A stretch of DNA of 64,000 nucleotides from Thermoplasmatota archaeon (GCA_038046725.1 JBBSVQ010000007.1:88306-152305), one strand, 5' to 3'; positions 38,863 through 48,501 are shown, counted from the stretch's first letter. A program made the numbers and translations. The notes: generated from the letters alone by a model not told the origin.

Positions 38863-39993
38863 CTAGCGGAACAGCCGATCCATGAAGCCGGACTTGCGAC
38901 CGCCCTTGGGCACCTGGCCGTCGAGCTCCTCGGAGAGCTCTTCGAGCAGTTTGCGCGCCTTCTCGCTCAACTTCGTCGGCGTCACGACGCGCAGGCGGAT
39001 GTGCAGGTCGCCGCGGCCGGAGCCGCGCAGGTACGGCATGCCCTTGCCGCGCAGGCGCAGCACCTGTCCGGTCTCGGCGCCCGCGGGGATGGTGACTTCG
39101 ACGGCGCCGTCCAAGGTGTCCAACGCCTGCGTCGTGCCCAGGACGGCTTGCGGGAACGAGAGGGGAACGTCGGCGATGAGGTCGGCGCCTTCGCGGTGGA
39201 AGCGCGCGTGCTCCTCGACGTGCACCTCGACGTAGAGGTCGCCGTGCTCGCCGCCGCGGCCGCCGACCTCGCCCTGGCCGGCGACGCGCAGGCTCTGGCC
39301 CGACTCGATGCCGGCGGGGACCTTCACGGTCACGGTGCGCTTGTGGCGGTCGTGGCCCGAGCCCTTGCACAACTTGCACGGGGTCTCGATGCGGCGCCCG
39401 CTGCCTTGGCAATCCGGGCACCCCGAGATCTGGTTCAGGGTCCCGAAGGGGGTCCGGGCTAGGCGCTGCACCTGGCCGCGGCCTTTGCAAGTGGCACAGG
39501 TGTCGACTTTGGTGCCGGGTTCCGCTCCGCCGCCTTTGCAGCGGTCGCAGGACTCCATGCGCCAGTACGTGATTTCGACCTCGGTGCCCTTGAAGGCGTC
39601 CTCGAGGCTGATGCTCTGGCTGACTTGGAGATCACGGCCTCGGTGGGAGCCGCCCTGGCGGCCCCCACCGAAGCCGAACATCTGGGAGAACAGGTCCTCG
39701 AAGCCCATGCCGCCGAAGAGGTCCTGGAAGTTGATGGTGCGGTACAGGTCCTCGGAGGAGTAGCGTTGGTCGATGCCGGCGTGGCCGAACTGGTCGTAGC
39801 GCTGCTTCTTCTCCCCATCCGACAGGACGGCATAGGCCTCGCTGAGCTCCTTGAAGCGCTCCTCGGCGTCGGCCTCCTTGTTGCGGTCCGGGTGGAGCTG
39901 GATGGCGAGTTTGCGGTACGCCTTCTTGATGGCGTCCGCCTCCGCGTCGCGCGCCACGCCGAGCACCTCGTAGTAGTCGCGCTTTCCGGCCAC
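38863..39993 (-). CDS. dnaJ: Chaperone DnaJ
   Basis: RDYYEVLGV, HPD, G/F-rich region, four CxxCxGxG repeats. Confidence 0.97.
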   Translation of the reverse strand: MAGKRDYYEVLGVARDAEADAIKKAYRKLAIQLHPDRNKEADAEERFKELSEAYAVLSDGEKKQRYDQFGHAGIDQRYSSEDLYRTINFQDLFGGMGFEDLFSQMFGFGGGRQGGSHRGRDLQVSQSISLEDAFKGTEVEITYWRMESCDRCKGGGAEPGTKVDTCATCKGRGQVQRLARTPFGTLNQISGCPDCQGSGRRIETPCKLCKGSGHDRHKRTVTVKVPAGIESGQSLRVAGQGEVGGRGGEHGDLYVEVHVEEHARFHREGADLIADVPLSFPQAVLGTTQALDTLDGAVEVTIPAGAETGQVLRLRGKGMPYLRGSGRGDLHIRLRVVTPTKLSEKARKLLEELSEELDGQVPKGGRKSGFMDRLFR

Positions 39994-40063
39994 GGGTTCT
40001 CGACGATGGGGCGTGGCTTAAGAGGATAGTGAGGGGGGCGGGGGGTCCCATGAGCCGCAGCGG

Positions 40064-40597
40064 CTAAGCCGCCGGCGCCGGCACCGCCAGGTCGCGGTAC
40101 GACCGCGTCAGCGGCCCTTCGGCGCCCAAGAGGCGCAGCAGCATGGAAACCTCGCTGCGGAAGACCCCCAACTTGTCCGGCCCGGGTACCTCGAGGAAAT
40201 CTCCGAGGTCGCGGATGCGTTCGACGGCGACCTTGCTTGACCCCTTGTGCAGCGGCACCCGTTGGGCCTGCAGCGTCAGGACCGGGTCCATGCCGAGGCG
40301 CTGCAGCCGGGCCCACATGCGCGGCCCGTCAACGGGCGTCCACAAGTGGTGGCGTTCCGCTTCGGGGCCGGTGGCAATTGTGGTCTCCCACGCCATGGTC
40401 CAGGCCCCATCGGGGATGACGTGGCGAAGGACGATGGAGCCAAGCATGGCTCCCTGAGGCCGCTCGAACCAGGTGTCCTCGTGCCGGACGGCCGGGTGCG
40501 AGGCGTAGCCCTGGGACTGGATGGCGGGGACCGCGTCGTGCCCCTGCGGCAGCCGGAACTTCACCGGCGGCCGCTCGTCATGCACGCGAGGGCGCAT
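40064..40597 (-). CDS. CYTH-like (class IV adenylate cyclase/triphosphatase fold) protein, divergent
   Basis: VKFRL, HEDTWF, VERIRDLGDFLEV, C-terminal RSYRDL. Confidence 0.6.
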   Translation of the reverse strand: MRPRVHDERPPVKFRLPQGHDAVPAIQSQGYASHPAVRHEDTWFERPQGAMLGSIVLRHVIPDGAWTMAWETTIATGPEAERHHLWTPVDGPRMWARLQRLGMDPVLTLQAQRVPLHKGSSKVAVERIRDLGDFLEVPGPDKLGVFRSEVSMLLRLLGAEGPLTRSYRDLAVPAPAA

Positions 40598-41078
40598 GAA
40601 CGCCTCTTTGGGGCCCTGCCAGGATATGAAGGGCTTGGCACAAGGCCAAAAGGGTCGCCTTTCGGCGTCCCGAAAGCCAACGTCAATTGCTCCCCCGCGC
40701 CAATGGAGTTGGGCCAAGCGGACTTGTCCGCGCGGCATCGGACATCCCCTCAGACGGGATGGCCCCTCACCAACCAGGAGACGGGCGCGGCATACTCGCC
40801 TGAAACAGAGACGGATGCTTCGGCTTCCGCCCTGAAGTGAACCGAAGGCTCCGGACCGCATGTCCGGAGTTCAGGGAAAAACCTGGAAGACCGGACCCAA
40901 GTCCGGGAGCCCAAAAGGCGTGAGGCCGTGGAACGACCTGCTGCCGCACGGATCACTCCACACGAACTTTCCTTGCGCGCTTCGGCGCGCTTCTTGCGCC
41001 CTTCAGCGGCGCCCAACCCACCCCAGATTCGAGGCTCTGGCCAACAAGGGCTTTGACCCCACGCGGGGTGGGTCCGCC

Positions 41079-42215
41079 ATGCGTGTGGTCCTTGCCGTCA
41101 CGTTGCTCACCCTGGCGGCCCTCCTGGCGGCCGTCCCGCCCGCCCAGGCCCAGCAACCCGGGCCCACCGCGAAGGTCCTTTGGGCGCACGGCGCTGCCCC
41201 CGCAGAGGGGGAGACGCTGTGGGCGAACTTCGACAAGGAAGACCCCGAGGCGACGGACACGGCGAACGGCCCGGGCTACAACTGCGTGGCTGGCAGCGTG
41301 CCGTTCTTCGGACCCGCCCTCTGCCCCTACGCGCCCATGGAGGGGGACCTGGAGCACACGTTCACCTTGCCGATGGACCCGGCCCTTGCCGTGCCCCTCG
41401 AGTTCACGGACACCACCCTCACGGCCAACCTGTTCTTCGGCGCAAACAGCGGCGCCGGCGAAGGCCAAGCCATCGTGCGCTTGAAGGCCGGCGAGAGCGT
41501 CGTGGCGGAGAGCGCGGCGATCCCGTTCAGCTATGACCAGGGCTATGCCCCCGCCAGCGGCCCCGTCGCCATCCAGCAGATGTCGGTGCCGGCGGGAGCC
41601 GAGCTGGTCTGGGAAATCGAAGTCACGGGGAGCGCGAGCGGATTCTTCATGGGCATCCACGACGACACCGGCAAGAGCCACCTCGTCCTCCCCCTGGGAT
41701 CCGGCTCACCTGCGGTGGAAGCGCTCTCGGGCGCCGCCGTCGATATCCAGCGGACCTTTAACGAGAGCACGAACCAGACCTTGCGGTTCACCTGGGTGGG
41801 CCCCGCCACCGCGCAGGCCATCGCATACACGACCAACGGCACCGGGTCCGCGACGTTCGTCGTGCTCGATGCCGGGAACAACACCCTGCTCAACGAGACC
41901 GCGCAGGGGAGCAAGACGGGCAGCAAGACCATCAACGGCACGGCGGGCAACTGGAGCATCAGCATCGCCTTGGCCGGCTTCAACGGCACGCTGCGCCTCA
42001 CCATCAACGACCCCTCCGTGACGCCGGGACCGCCCGGGGCCACGCCGGGGACATCCACCGGCGGAACCACGTCGAAGGGTGGCTCCGCCACCGGCGCTGC
42101 GGGCAATGGCACCGACGACGAAGGGGATGGCAAGAAGGACACGCCCGTGCCCGCGCTGCCTGCGCTCCTGGGAGCCGTCATCGCGGCCCTGGCCGTCGCC
42201 CGCCGACGCCGCTAG
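41079..42215 (+). CDS. Secreted cell-surface protein with a Gly/Thr linker and C-terminal sorting-like tail
   Basis: Signal peptide; many N-x-T sequons; tail KDTPVPALPALL-TM-RRRR. Confidence 0.8.
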   Translation: MRVVLAVTLLTLAALLAAVPPAQAQQPGPTAKVLWAHGAAPAEGETLWANFDKEDPEATDTANGPGYNCVAGSVPFFGPALCPYAPMEGDLEHTFTLPMDPALAVPLEFTDTTLTANLFFGANSGAGEGQAIVRLKAGESVVAESAAIPFSYDQGYAPASGPVAIQQMSVPAGAELVWEIEVTGSASGFFMGIHDDTGKSHLVLPLGSGSPAVEALSGAAVDIQRTFNESTNQTLRFTWVGPATAQAIAYTTNGTGSATFVVLDAGNNTLLNETAQGSKTGSKTINGTAGNWSISIALAGFNGTLRLTINDPSVTPGPPGATPGTSTGGTTSKGGSATGAAGNGTDDEGDGKKDTPVPALPALLGAVIAALAVARRRR

Positions 42216-42272
42216 GAACGCTTCGAGGCATCGACGGCAATGCCTTTGACGCGGGCCCCCGTCGTCCTTGTC

Positions 42273-43433
42273 GTGCACGTCACCTCGCGGGCCGTTGCCA
42301 TGCTTGCCGCCCTGAGCTTGCTTGTCGCCCCCGTCCTCGCCGCCCCCACCACGGGAACGCAGCTGTCGTCCGCGGCGAACACCGTCTGGATCCACCGCAA
42401 CTCGGACGACGCGGTCTACTGGCTCAGTAACGTCAAGGAGGAACCGGCCCACAACGACCCCGACCCCGGCTACAACGTGGCGGGCGCCGTCCTGAGCAAC
42501 CCCGACGGCGTCGGGTACTACTGGAGCATCCCCCTTGACCCGGCCCCCACGGGCATCGTACAACTGGCGCCGGGCGGCACCATCGAAGCCACGGTGTACC
42601 TGAAGGCCATCACGTCGCTGCCCGCGGTCGGCGGCGTCCCGCAAGGCGCGGGCGTGGGCGAGATCGAGATGACCCTGACCTCCGGCGGCGCAGCGCTCGC
42701 CACAGGCGAGTCCGAGCAGGTCGTCCTCGAGCCCGACACCTGGGCCGAGGTGCACTGGAGCCTGACGCCCACCGCGGCCGCGTTCTCGGGCGACCTCAGC
42801 TGGGACATCACCTTCACCGGCGCCTCCGGCGGCGCGGTCCTCGGCGCCTCGGACGACTTCGGCTGGTCGAACGTCGTGCTGCCCGTCCTCGGCGGCGACG
42901 TCGCCACCGGCCCCAAGGTCGCGCATGCCAACCTCACGGGCCCCACCGTCGAGGTCCGCCACGTCATCGACAACGCGACCAACGCCACCTACCACTACAA
43001 CTGGACGAGCGCCATCAGCGACCCGCGCCTGACGCTCATCGGCAACGTGACCGCGGGCAGCGCCGAGGTCGTCCTGGACGACGGCGCAGGGCACGACCTC
43101 ACCCTCGACGTGGCCAACGGCACCATGTCGGACGACCTGGTCGGGTTCGGGCAAGGCAATTGGACGATCACGCTCAACCTGACCGGGTTCCAGGGAAGCG
43201 TCGCCATCCTGGTGGACGCCGCCGCCACATCGCCGGGGACCACGCCGGCGGGGACGTCGACCAAGTCCGGCAACGCGTCCGGGACGGCGACGACCGGCAC
43301 GGCGGCCTCCGGGAACACCACCGGCAATGGCACCAAGAACGGGAACGGCAAGGACACGCCCGCCCCGGCGTTCCCGCTCCTCGTCGGCGCGGTCGCCGTG
43401 GCGCTCGCCATTGCGCGCCGCCGCCTGCGCTAG
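42273..43433 (+). CDS. Secreted cell-surface protein, tandem paralog of 41079-42215
   Basis: Shared motifs PGYN, IPLDPA, LSWDI, GNWTITLNLTGFQG; tail KDTPAPAF-TM-RRRLR. Confidence 0.8.
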   Translation: MHVTSRAVAMLAALSLLVAPVLAAPTTGTQLSSAANTVWIHRNSDDAVYWLSNVKEEPAHNDPDPGYNVAGAVLSNPDGVGYYWSIPLDPAPTGIVQLAPGGTIEATVYLKAITSLPAVGGVPQGAGVGEIEMTLTSGGAALATGESEQVVLEPDTWAEVHWSLTPTAAAFSGDLSWDITFTGASGGAVLGASDDFGWSNVVLPVLGGDVATGPKVAHANLTGPTVEVRHVIDNATNATYHYNWTSAISDPRLTLIGNVTAGSAEVVLDDGAGHDLTLDVANGTMSDDLVGFGQGNWTITLNLTGFQGSVAILVDAAATSPGTTPAGTSTKSGNASGTATTGTAASGNTTGNGTKNGNGKDTPAPAFPLLVGAVAVALAIARRRLR

Positions 43434-43506
43434 CACCCACGATGCGATGACCGCCGCCTCTAGGCTGCCCGACGCCTTTTCAAGCCCGGCCGGGGTGGCC
43501 GCGGCA

Positions 43507-43878
43507 ATGGTGACCATCGGCCGGGGCGTCCTGGACCCCGCGGTGCACGACTTCTTCGAGGGCCTGCGCAGCTACGACGTGGGGCGCGCCCTCAAGCCGC
43601 TGGCCGCTGACGTGGACTTCGAGTCCCCTTGGACTGCGAAGCTGACGGGCAAGGTCGCCGTGGAGCAATTCCTCAACGGCTGGCTCAAGGACGCGCAGAA
43701 GCGCCCGAGCCTGAGCATCATGGACGTCGAGGGCGATGGCGCAGTCACGCGCCTGAAGTTGTCCATCTCCGGGCGCTTCGGCAAGGCGCCCGAGCACGTC
43801 ACGCTGCATGCCTTGGTGCTGCAGCACGTGATCCACCACGTCAAGTTCGTGGCGGACAACAAAGCCGGCGGCCACTGA
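43507..43878 (+). CDS. SnoaL/NTF2-like protein
   Basis: VHDFFEGL...LAADVDFESP..LTGKVAVEQFL. Confidence 0.7.
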   Translation: MVTIGRGVLDPAVHDFFEGLRSYDVGRALKPLAADVDFESPWTAKLTGKVAVEQFLNGWLKDAQKRPSLSIMDVEGDGAVTRLKLSISGRFGKAPEHVTLHALVLQHVIHHVKFVADNKAGGH

Positions 43879-43892
43879 GCGACCCTCAGCCG

Positions 43893-43976
43893 CATCGGCG
43901 CGTTCGGCGTCATCGGCGGATGGGTCCGTCGCTAGCCGAGGGCAATCATCCGCCGATGACGCCGATGGCGCCGAAC
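43893..43976. repeat. 9-nt-periodic palindrome (CGCCGAT type, units pointing outward)
   Basis: Perfect 19-bp arms TCGGCGTCATCGGCGGATG (43904-43922)/CATCCGCCGATGACGCCGA (43947-43965) between convergent genes. Confidence 0.8.
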
Positions 43977-43985
43977 CCCGGCGGC

Positions 43986-44219
43986 CTAGGCGTTCCAGGC
44001 GTCCTTCGCCGTCGTTGCCACATCGTGCGCCGCCTGCGACACGTGCTTGCCGAGGGCCTTGCGGTCCTTGCGCGTGGCCTTCGCGACGCGTTTGGCCTTC
44101 GCCTTCGTCGCCTTGACGGCGGACTTCGTGGCCTTCACGGTGGCCTTCTTGACTTTCTTCGCCGTGCGCTTGGCGGTCTTGCTTGCCTTCTTGACTTGGC
44201 GCTTGGAGACGAGGGCCAT
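43986..44219 (-). CDS. Small Lys/Ala-rich basic protein
   Basis: MALVSKRQVKKASKTAKRTAKKVKK...KATRKDRKALGKHV; 77 aa. Confidence 0.75.
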   Translation of the reverse strand: MALVSKRQVKKASKTAKRTAKKVKKATVKATKSAVKATKAKAKRVAKATRKDRKALGKHVSQAAHDVATTAKDAWNA

Positions 44220-44268
44220 GGCGGGCAATCGCCCGTTCCTGCCTTGATGCTTTCGCAGGCGTTTGGAT

Positions 44269-44481
44269 CTAGGCGCGCAGGGCGTCGGCGACGGCGTCAA
44301 CGGCGTGGTGGGCGAGTTTCTGCACGTCCTTCCCCATCTTCTTGCGGTCCTTGCGCGTGGCCTTGCCGGCTCGCTTGGCCTTCGCCTTCGCGGCCTTGGC
44401 AGTGGCCTTGGCCAGCTTGGCGCCGGCCTTCTTGGTCTTCTTCACGGTGCGACGCAGGGCGCGCTTCGTGCTGCGCTTCAT
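44269..44481 (-). CDS. Small Lys/Ala-rich basic protein (tandem paralog)
   Basis: MKRSTKRALRRTVKKTKK...KAKAKRAGKATRKDRKKMGKDV; 70 aa. Confidence 0.75.
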   Translation of the reverse strand: MKRSTKRALRRTVKKTKKAGAKLAKATAKAAKAKAKRAGKATRKDRKKMGKDVQKLAHHAVDAVADALRA

Positions 44482-44549
44482 GGCCGAGGCAGCCCGCACT
44501 TGGGCCTTGACCGTTTCGAACCAAACGCCATCCCCAAACGCTGACGACG

Positions 44550-44618
44550 ATCCACCGATACACACCGATGGCACCGATGTGGTAACCCATCGGTGGGCAT
44601 CGGTGCGCATCGGTGGAT
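44550..44618. repeat. 9/10-nt-periodic palindrome (CACCGAT type) after the dnaK stop
   Basis: ATCCACCGAT-ACACACCGAT-GGCACCGAT, loop TGGTAACC, then three ATCGGTG units. Confidence 0.8.
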
Positions 44619-44638
44619 AGGCTTGGGCGAAGGAAGCC

Positions 44639-46528
44639 CTACTTCTTGTCGCCCTTCTCCGTGAAGTCGGCGTCGATGGGCCCGTCCTTGCCCTCGGGGC
44701 CGTCGGGCTTGCCGGACCAGGCGCCGCCCTCGTTGCTCTTCTCGTCAGGCGCTGCCGCGCCTGCCGCGTCCGCCTGCGCCTTGTACATCTCCATGACGGC
44801 GGGCTCGATGGCCTTCATCAGCTTCTCGCCGGCGTCCTTGTAGTGCGCGGCGTCGCCGTCCGTCTTCTCGAGGGCGGCCTTGGCTTCCTTGACGGCCTCC
44901 TCGACGGCGGCCTTGTGGGTGCCGAGTTTGTCGCCGTTGTCGCGCAGCAGGGCCTCGGCTTGGAAGACGGCCTGGTCGCATTGGTTGCGGGCGTCGACGG
45001 TCTCGCGCAGCTTGGCGTCGTCGGCGGCGTGCTCTTCGGCTTCGCGGCGCATGCGTTCGACTTCCTTGGAGTCGAGCTTCGTGGAGCCGGAGACGGTGAT
45101 CTTCTGTTTCTTGCCGGTGCCCTTGTCGTGCGCCTCGACGTGCAGGATGCCGTTGGCGTCGATGTCGAAGGTGACCTCGATCTGCGGGATGCCGCGCGGG
45201 GCCGGCGGGATGCCGTCGAGAACGAACTTGCCGAGGGACTTGTTGTCCTTGGCCATGGCGCGCTCGCCTTGCAGGACGTGGATCTCGACTTGCGGTTGGC
45301 GGTCGCTGGCCGTGGAGAACACCTGGCTCTTCTTCGTCGGCACGGTGGTGTTGCGCGCGATGAGTTCGGTGCGCACGCCGCCGAGGGTCTCGATGCCGAG
45401 GGTAAGCGGGGTGACGTCGAGCAGGACGATGTCCTTCTCGACTTCGCCGGACAGGATGCCGGCCTGCACGGCGGCGCCGAGAGCGACGCATTGCATGGGG
45501 TCCACGCCGCGCACGGGCTTCTTGCCGAAGAGCTCCTCGACGAAGGCGAGCACGATGGGCATGCGCGTCGGGCCGCCGACGAGGACGACCTTGTCGATCT
45601 TCTCCTTCGTGAGTTTGGCGTCCTTGAGGGCGTTGACGCAGGGGCCGCGCGTCTTCTCCACGATGGGGCGCACGATGTCCTCGAGCTTGGCGCGGTTGAG
45701 CTGGAGTTCGAGGTGCTGCGGGCCGTTCTTGGGGTCCACGGCGAGGAAGGGCAGCGAGATGGTGCTGGATGTCATGCCGGACAGTTCCATCTTGGCGCGT
45801 TCAGCGGCGTCGCGCAGGCGCTGCACAGCGGCGCGGTCGTTCTTGACGTCGAGGCCGGACTTCTTCTGGAACTCGGCGGCGAGGTAGGTGACGATGGCGT
45901 CGTCCATGTCGGTGCCGCCCAGGTTGGTGTCGCCGTTGGTGGACTTGACGTGGAAGACGCCGCCGCCCAGCTCCATGATGGTGATGTCGAAGGTTCCGCC
46001 GCCGAGGTCGTACACGGCGATGGTCTCGTCCGTGTCCTTGTCGAGGCCGTAGGCGAGGGCGGCCGCGGTGGGCTCGTTGACGATGCGCTTGACGTCGAGA
46101 CCGGCGATGCGGCCCGCGTCCTTGGTGGCCTGGCGCTGGTCGTCGTCGAAGTAGGCGGGGACGGTGACGACGGCGCCTTCGACGGGTTCGCCGAGGAAGG
46201 CTTCGGCGTCGGTCTTGACCTTGCGCAGGATCATGGCGGAGATCTCCTGCGGCGAGTACGACTTGTCGTCGATGGTGACCTTGTAGTTGGTTCCCATCTT
46301 GCGCTTGATGCGCTGAATCGTGCGCTCCGGGTTCAGGACGGCCTGGCGCTTGGCGGCGTCGCCGACGAGGACTTCTCCGGTGTCCTTGGCGAAGCCGACG
46401 ACGGAGGGGAAGTTCTTGCCGCCGTACACGTTGCCTTCGGCGGACGGGATGATGCGCGGCTGGCCCGCCTCCATGACCGCTGCTTCGGAGTTCGTCGTGC
46501 CCAGGTCGATGCCGATGATTCGTCCCAT
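44639..46528 (-). CDS. dnaK: Chaperone DnaK (Hsp70)
   Basis: [35 protein letters not shown]-type motif (DLGGGTFD), [25 protein letters not shown]. Confidence 0.98.
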   Translation of the reverse strand: MGRIIGIDLGTTNSEAAVMEAGQPRIIPSAEGNVYGGKNFPSVVGFAKDTGEVLVGDAAKRQAVLNPERTIQRIKRKMGTNYKVTIDDKSYSPQEISAMILRKVKTDAEAFLGEPVEGAVVTVPAYFDDDQRQATKDAGRIAGLDVKRIVNEPTAAALAYGLDKDTDETIAVYDLGGGTFDITIMELGGGVFHVKSTNGDTNLGGTDMDDAIVTYLAAEFQKKSGLDVKNDRAAVQRLRDAAERAKMELSGMTSSTISLPFLAVDPKNGPQHLELQLNRAKLEDIVRPIVEKTRGPCVNALKDAKLTKEKIDKVVLVGGPTRMPIVLAFVEELFGKKPVRGVDPMQCVALGAAVQAGILSGEVEKDIVLLDVTPLTLGIETLGGVRTELIARNTTVPTKKSQVFSTASDRQPQVEIHVLQGERAMAKDNKSLGKFVLDGIPPAPRGIPQIEVTFDIDANGILHVEAHDKGTGKKQKITVSGSTKLDSKEVERMRREAEEHAADDAKLRETVDARNQCDQAVFQAEALLRDNGDKLGTHKAAVEEAVKEAKAALEKTDGDAAHYKDAGEKLMKAIEPAVMEMYKAQADAAGAAAPDEKSNEGGAWSGKPDGPEGKDGPIDADFTEKGDKK

Positions 46529-46577
46529 GAAAGTCACCGAGTTGCTTCGCGGTGAGTCAGGACTTCTATAAGAATGT

Positions 46578-46844
46578 TTACGCGCACGGCAGACATTGTC
46601 CATGCCACTGCGCTTTAGGCAAGCCGCGCCGCTTAGCGGAGCCATGGAAGATGACGTCGACGATGGTCTTACCCCGGGCTGCGCGCAGATCTGCTTCTGT
46701 CCCATCGTCATCACTGATCCACGCCAAGATGTTGCCCTCGCCGAAGTAGATGCGGGCGGCATTACCCCAGTCAAGAACGTGAATGCCGACTTCGTAGGAT
46801 TGGATGGAAAGTCCGATGCCGAAGTCGATGCGACGGTTGCTCAT
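46578..46844 (-). CDS. Small hypothetical protein (possibly truncated)
   Basis: GAGG ribosome-binding site upstream; lower-GC codon usage; follows the toxin gene. Confidence 0.4.
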   Translation of the reverse strand: MSNRRIDFGIGLSIQSYEVGIHVLDWGNAARIYFGEGNILAWISDDDGTEADLRAARGKTIVDVIFHGSAKRRGLPKAQWHGQCLPCA

Positions 46845-46862
46845 GTTTGGTTCCTCAGTTTT

Positions 46863-47669
46863 TCAGGGGCGGAGGGAAAGAGGACCGATGACTGCGTCGA
46901 AGTCGGCCTTTGCCAAATCGAGGTGTTCCAGTGCTTTGCTTAGGTGGGGACTGCCAAGGGCAAAACGAACGCGCTCAGCAACGTCGGGAAGCGCGAAGTG
47001 GATGAGGCGGCGAATCTCGAGGGAAGTGGAGCCGCCGTAGGCGACGAGGGCGTACAGGTCGCAGAGGTCTTTGACGGCCTTGTCGTCCTTCGTGCGAGTC
47101 GTCAGGCTGTGCAGCTTGGTGGCCACCAGGTAAGGTGGCAACGGAAGGTACACGTTGTCGCCGAACTCCGGAAGAAGGCGTCTGGCGTTCTCGTTCTGAA
47201 ACACCTCCGTCAGGAGGGGCTCGTCGATGATGGTCTCCGTGCCCCAGACCTTGCTTAGTTCCGGGTGCGGGTGCGTGACCATGGGGTCGATGTAGAGGTG
47301 GTAGACGCTGACGTCCTCGATGCCGAACGTGGGTTCCTTGTCGAGAATCCGCCCGTTCTCGTCCAGAATCTGGACGTAACGGAAACTGATGGGCTTGTAC
47401 CCCAAGGCCATGATGCGCTTGGGCGCCAAGGCCGCGGCGCTGCGTCGCACTTGCTCGTCAGTCCACTTGGGGTCGACGTGGTAGATTACGTCGATGTCGC
47501 GGCTGCCGAAGTAGTCCTGGCCGAAGCGTGCGCGCCAGCGTTCCTGGACAGTGTGTAGGACGGCGTGCCCTCCCGCGAGAGCCACTGGGTGGGGGAGGCC
47601 CGCGACGAGCGCATGCAGACGTTCCGCGCTGGCGCGCGTCAAGACAGAATCGTAGACGGGGTTAGGCAT
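46863..47669 (-). CDS. Nucleotidyltransferase, AbiEii/MenT-like toxin of a type IV TA system
   Basis: LAGGHAV...FGSRDIDV (GG/GS-DxD), ATKL, KAVKDLCDLY; overlaps the upstream gene. Confidence 0.75.
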   Translation of the reverse strand: MPNPVYDSVLTRASAERLHALVAGLPHPVALAGGHAVLHTVQERWRARFGQDYFGSRDIDVIYHVDPKWTDEQVRRSAAALAPKRIMALGYKPISFRYVQILDENGRILDKEPTFGIEDVSVYHLYIDPMVTHPHPELSKVWGTETIIDEPLLTEVFQNENARRLLPEFGDNVYLPLPPYLVATKLHSLTTRTKDDKAVKDLCDLYALVAYGGSTSLEIRRLIHFALPDVAERVRFALGSPHLSKALEHLDLAKADFDAVIGPLSLRP

Positions 47670-48309
47670 ACGACTTCTCCACAAGCATGTCGGCGGCTTC
47701 GGCGGCGCTCGCTCCCTCGAGGTAGAGGTCGAGGATGACTTGGGCCACTGGTGCGTAGGAGAGTGCAGCCTTTCCTGTGCCGATAGTGAAGGATTCGCCG
47801 GGCAGGTGTTCGTCGCGGATCCAGAGTCGGAAGTTTGTGCCGCCCAGCTGCGCGCCGCTGGCCAGCAGCGCTACGCGCATGGATTTGAGGTCCTGGGGTC
47901 GGATGTAGACGTCGAGGCGGCGCGGGAAGAGGTGCGCCTGGAACCGGTTCTCCGCGTAGTACGTCGTGATGGCGTAGGCCGCCTTGGCCTTGGAAGCGAT
48001 GCTGGCGAGCTCGGCGATGGGGTCTGGGACGTGGAAGCTCTTGATCTCTGGTTTGACGCTGTTCTTGCGCCACCACGCAAACAGGCCCGCGGCATCCTTG
48101 ACGCGCAGCTCGGGTTGGAGTTCTACGAAGCCATCGGCGGCCAGGCCGTGCATGATCTCGTGGACCCACGGGAACGAGGCACCGCTAAGCTGAGCTAAAC
48201 TGTAGAGACTCGTGACCTTGGGCCTGCCCGCCTGGCGCGGCATGTTCTTGGCCGCCGCCGTCAGCAGGGTTCGCAGGACCCTGTCGCGTGCGGGGCTCGG
48301 TCTAACCAT
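47662..48309 (-). CDS. AbiEi-like antitoxin / HTH regulator of a type IV TA system
   Basis: N-terminal HTH (LYSLAQLSGASFPWVHEIMHGLAADGFV); YAITTYYAEN; APVAQVILDLYLEG..AAEAAD. Confidence 0.72.
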   Translation of the reverse strand: MVRPSPARDRVLRTLLTAAAKNMPRQAGRPKVTSLYSLAQLSGASFPWVHEIMHGLAADGFVELQPELRVKDAAGLFAWWRKNSVKPEIKSFHVPDPIAELASIASKAKAAYAITTYYAENRFQAHLFPRRLDVYIRPQDLKSMRVALLASGAQLGGTNFRLWIRDEHLPGESFTIGTGKAALSYAPVAQVILDLYLEGASAAEAADMLVEKSYA

Positions 48310-48317
48310 ATCGTTCT

Positions 48318-48374
48318 CAGCATGTAGTGATATACTGAACCGATATATCGGTCTGTTGGCCGGTTAATATGCTG
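48318..48374. promoter_or_regulatory. Palindromic operator/promoter of the TA operon
   Basis: Perfect palindrome ACCGATATATCGGT (48339-48352), flanked near-symmetrically by CAGCAT/ATGCTG; AT-rich. Confidence 0.55.
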
Positions 48375-48501
48375 TACGGATAGCACAACTTGTGCGTGGC
48401 CAGTCGGCAAAAGGGGCTACCCGATGTCTGGCACGGACCTGGAGTTCGTCGCATGGTTTTCTGAAGGGTTGCCGCCTTCGCTCACCCCGAGGGCGCCGAA
48501 C

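Noticed and set aside
40741-40780. SAM-I riboswitch-like GGGATGGCCC...CAACC
   Set aside because: The other core elements (ATCAAGAG, GGTGC.AA.TCC) are absent and no sulfur-metabolism gene is downstream.
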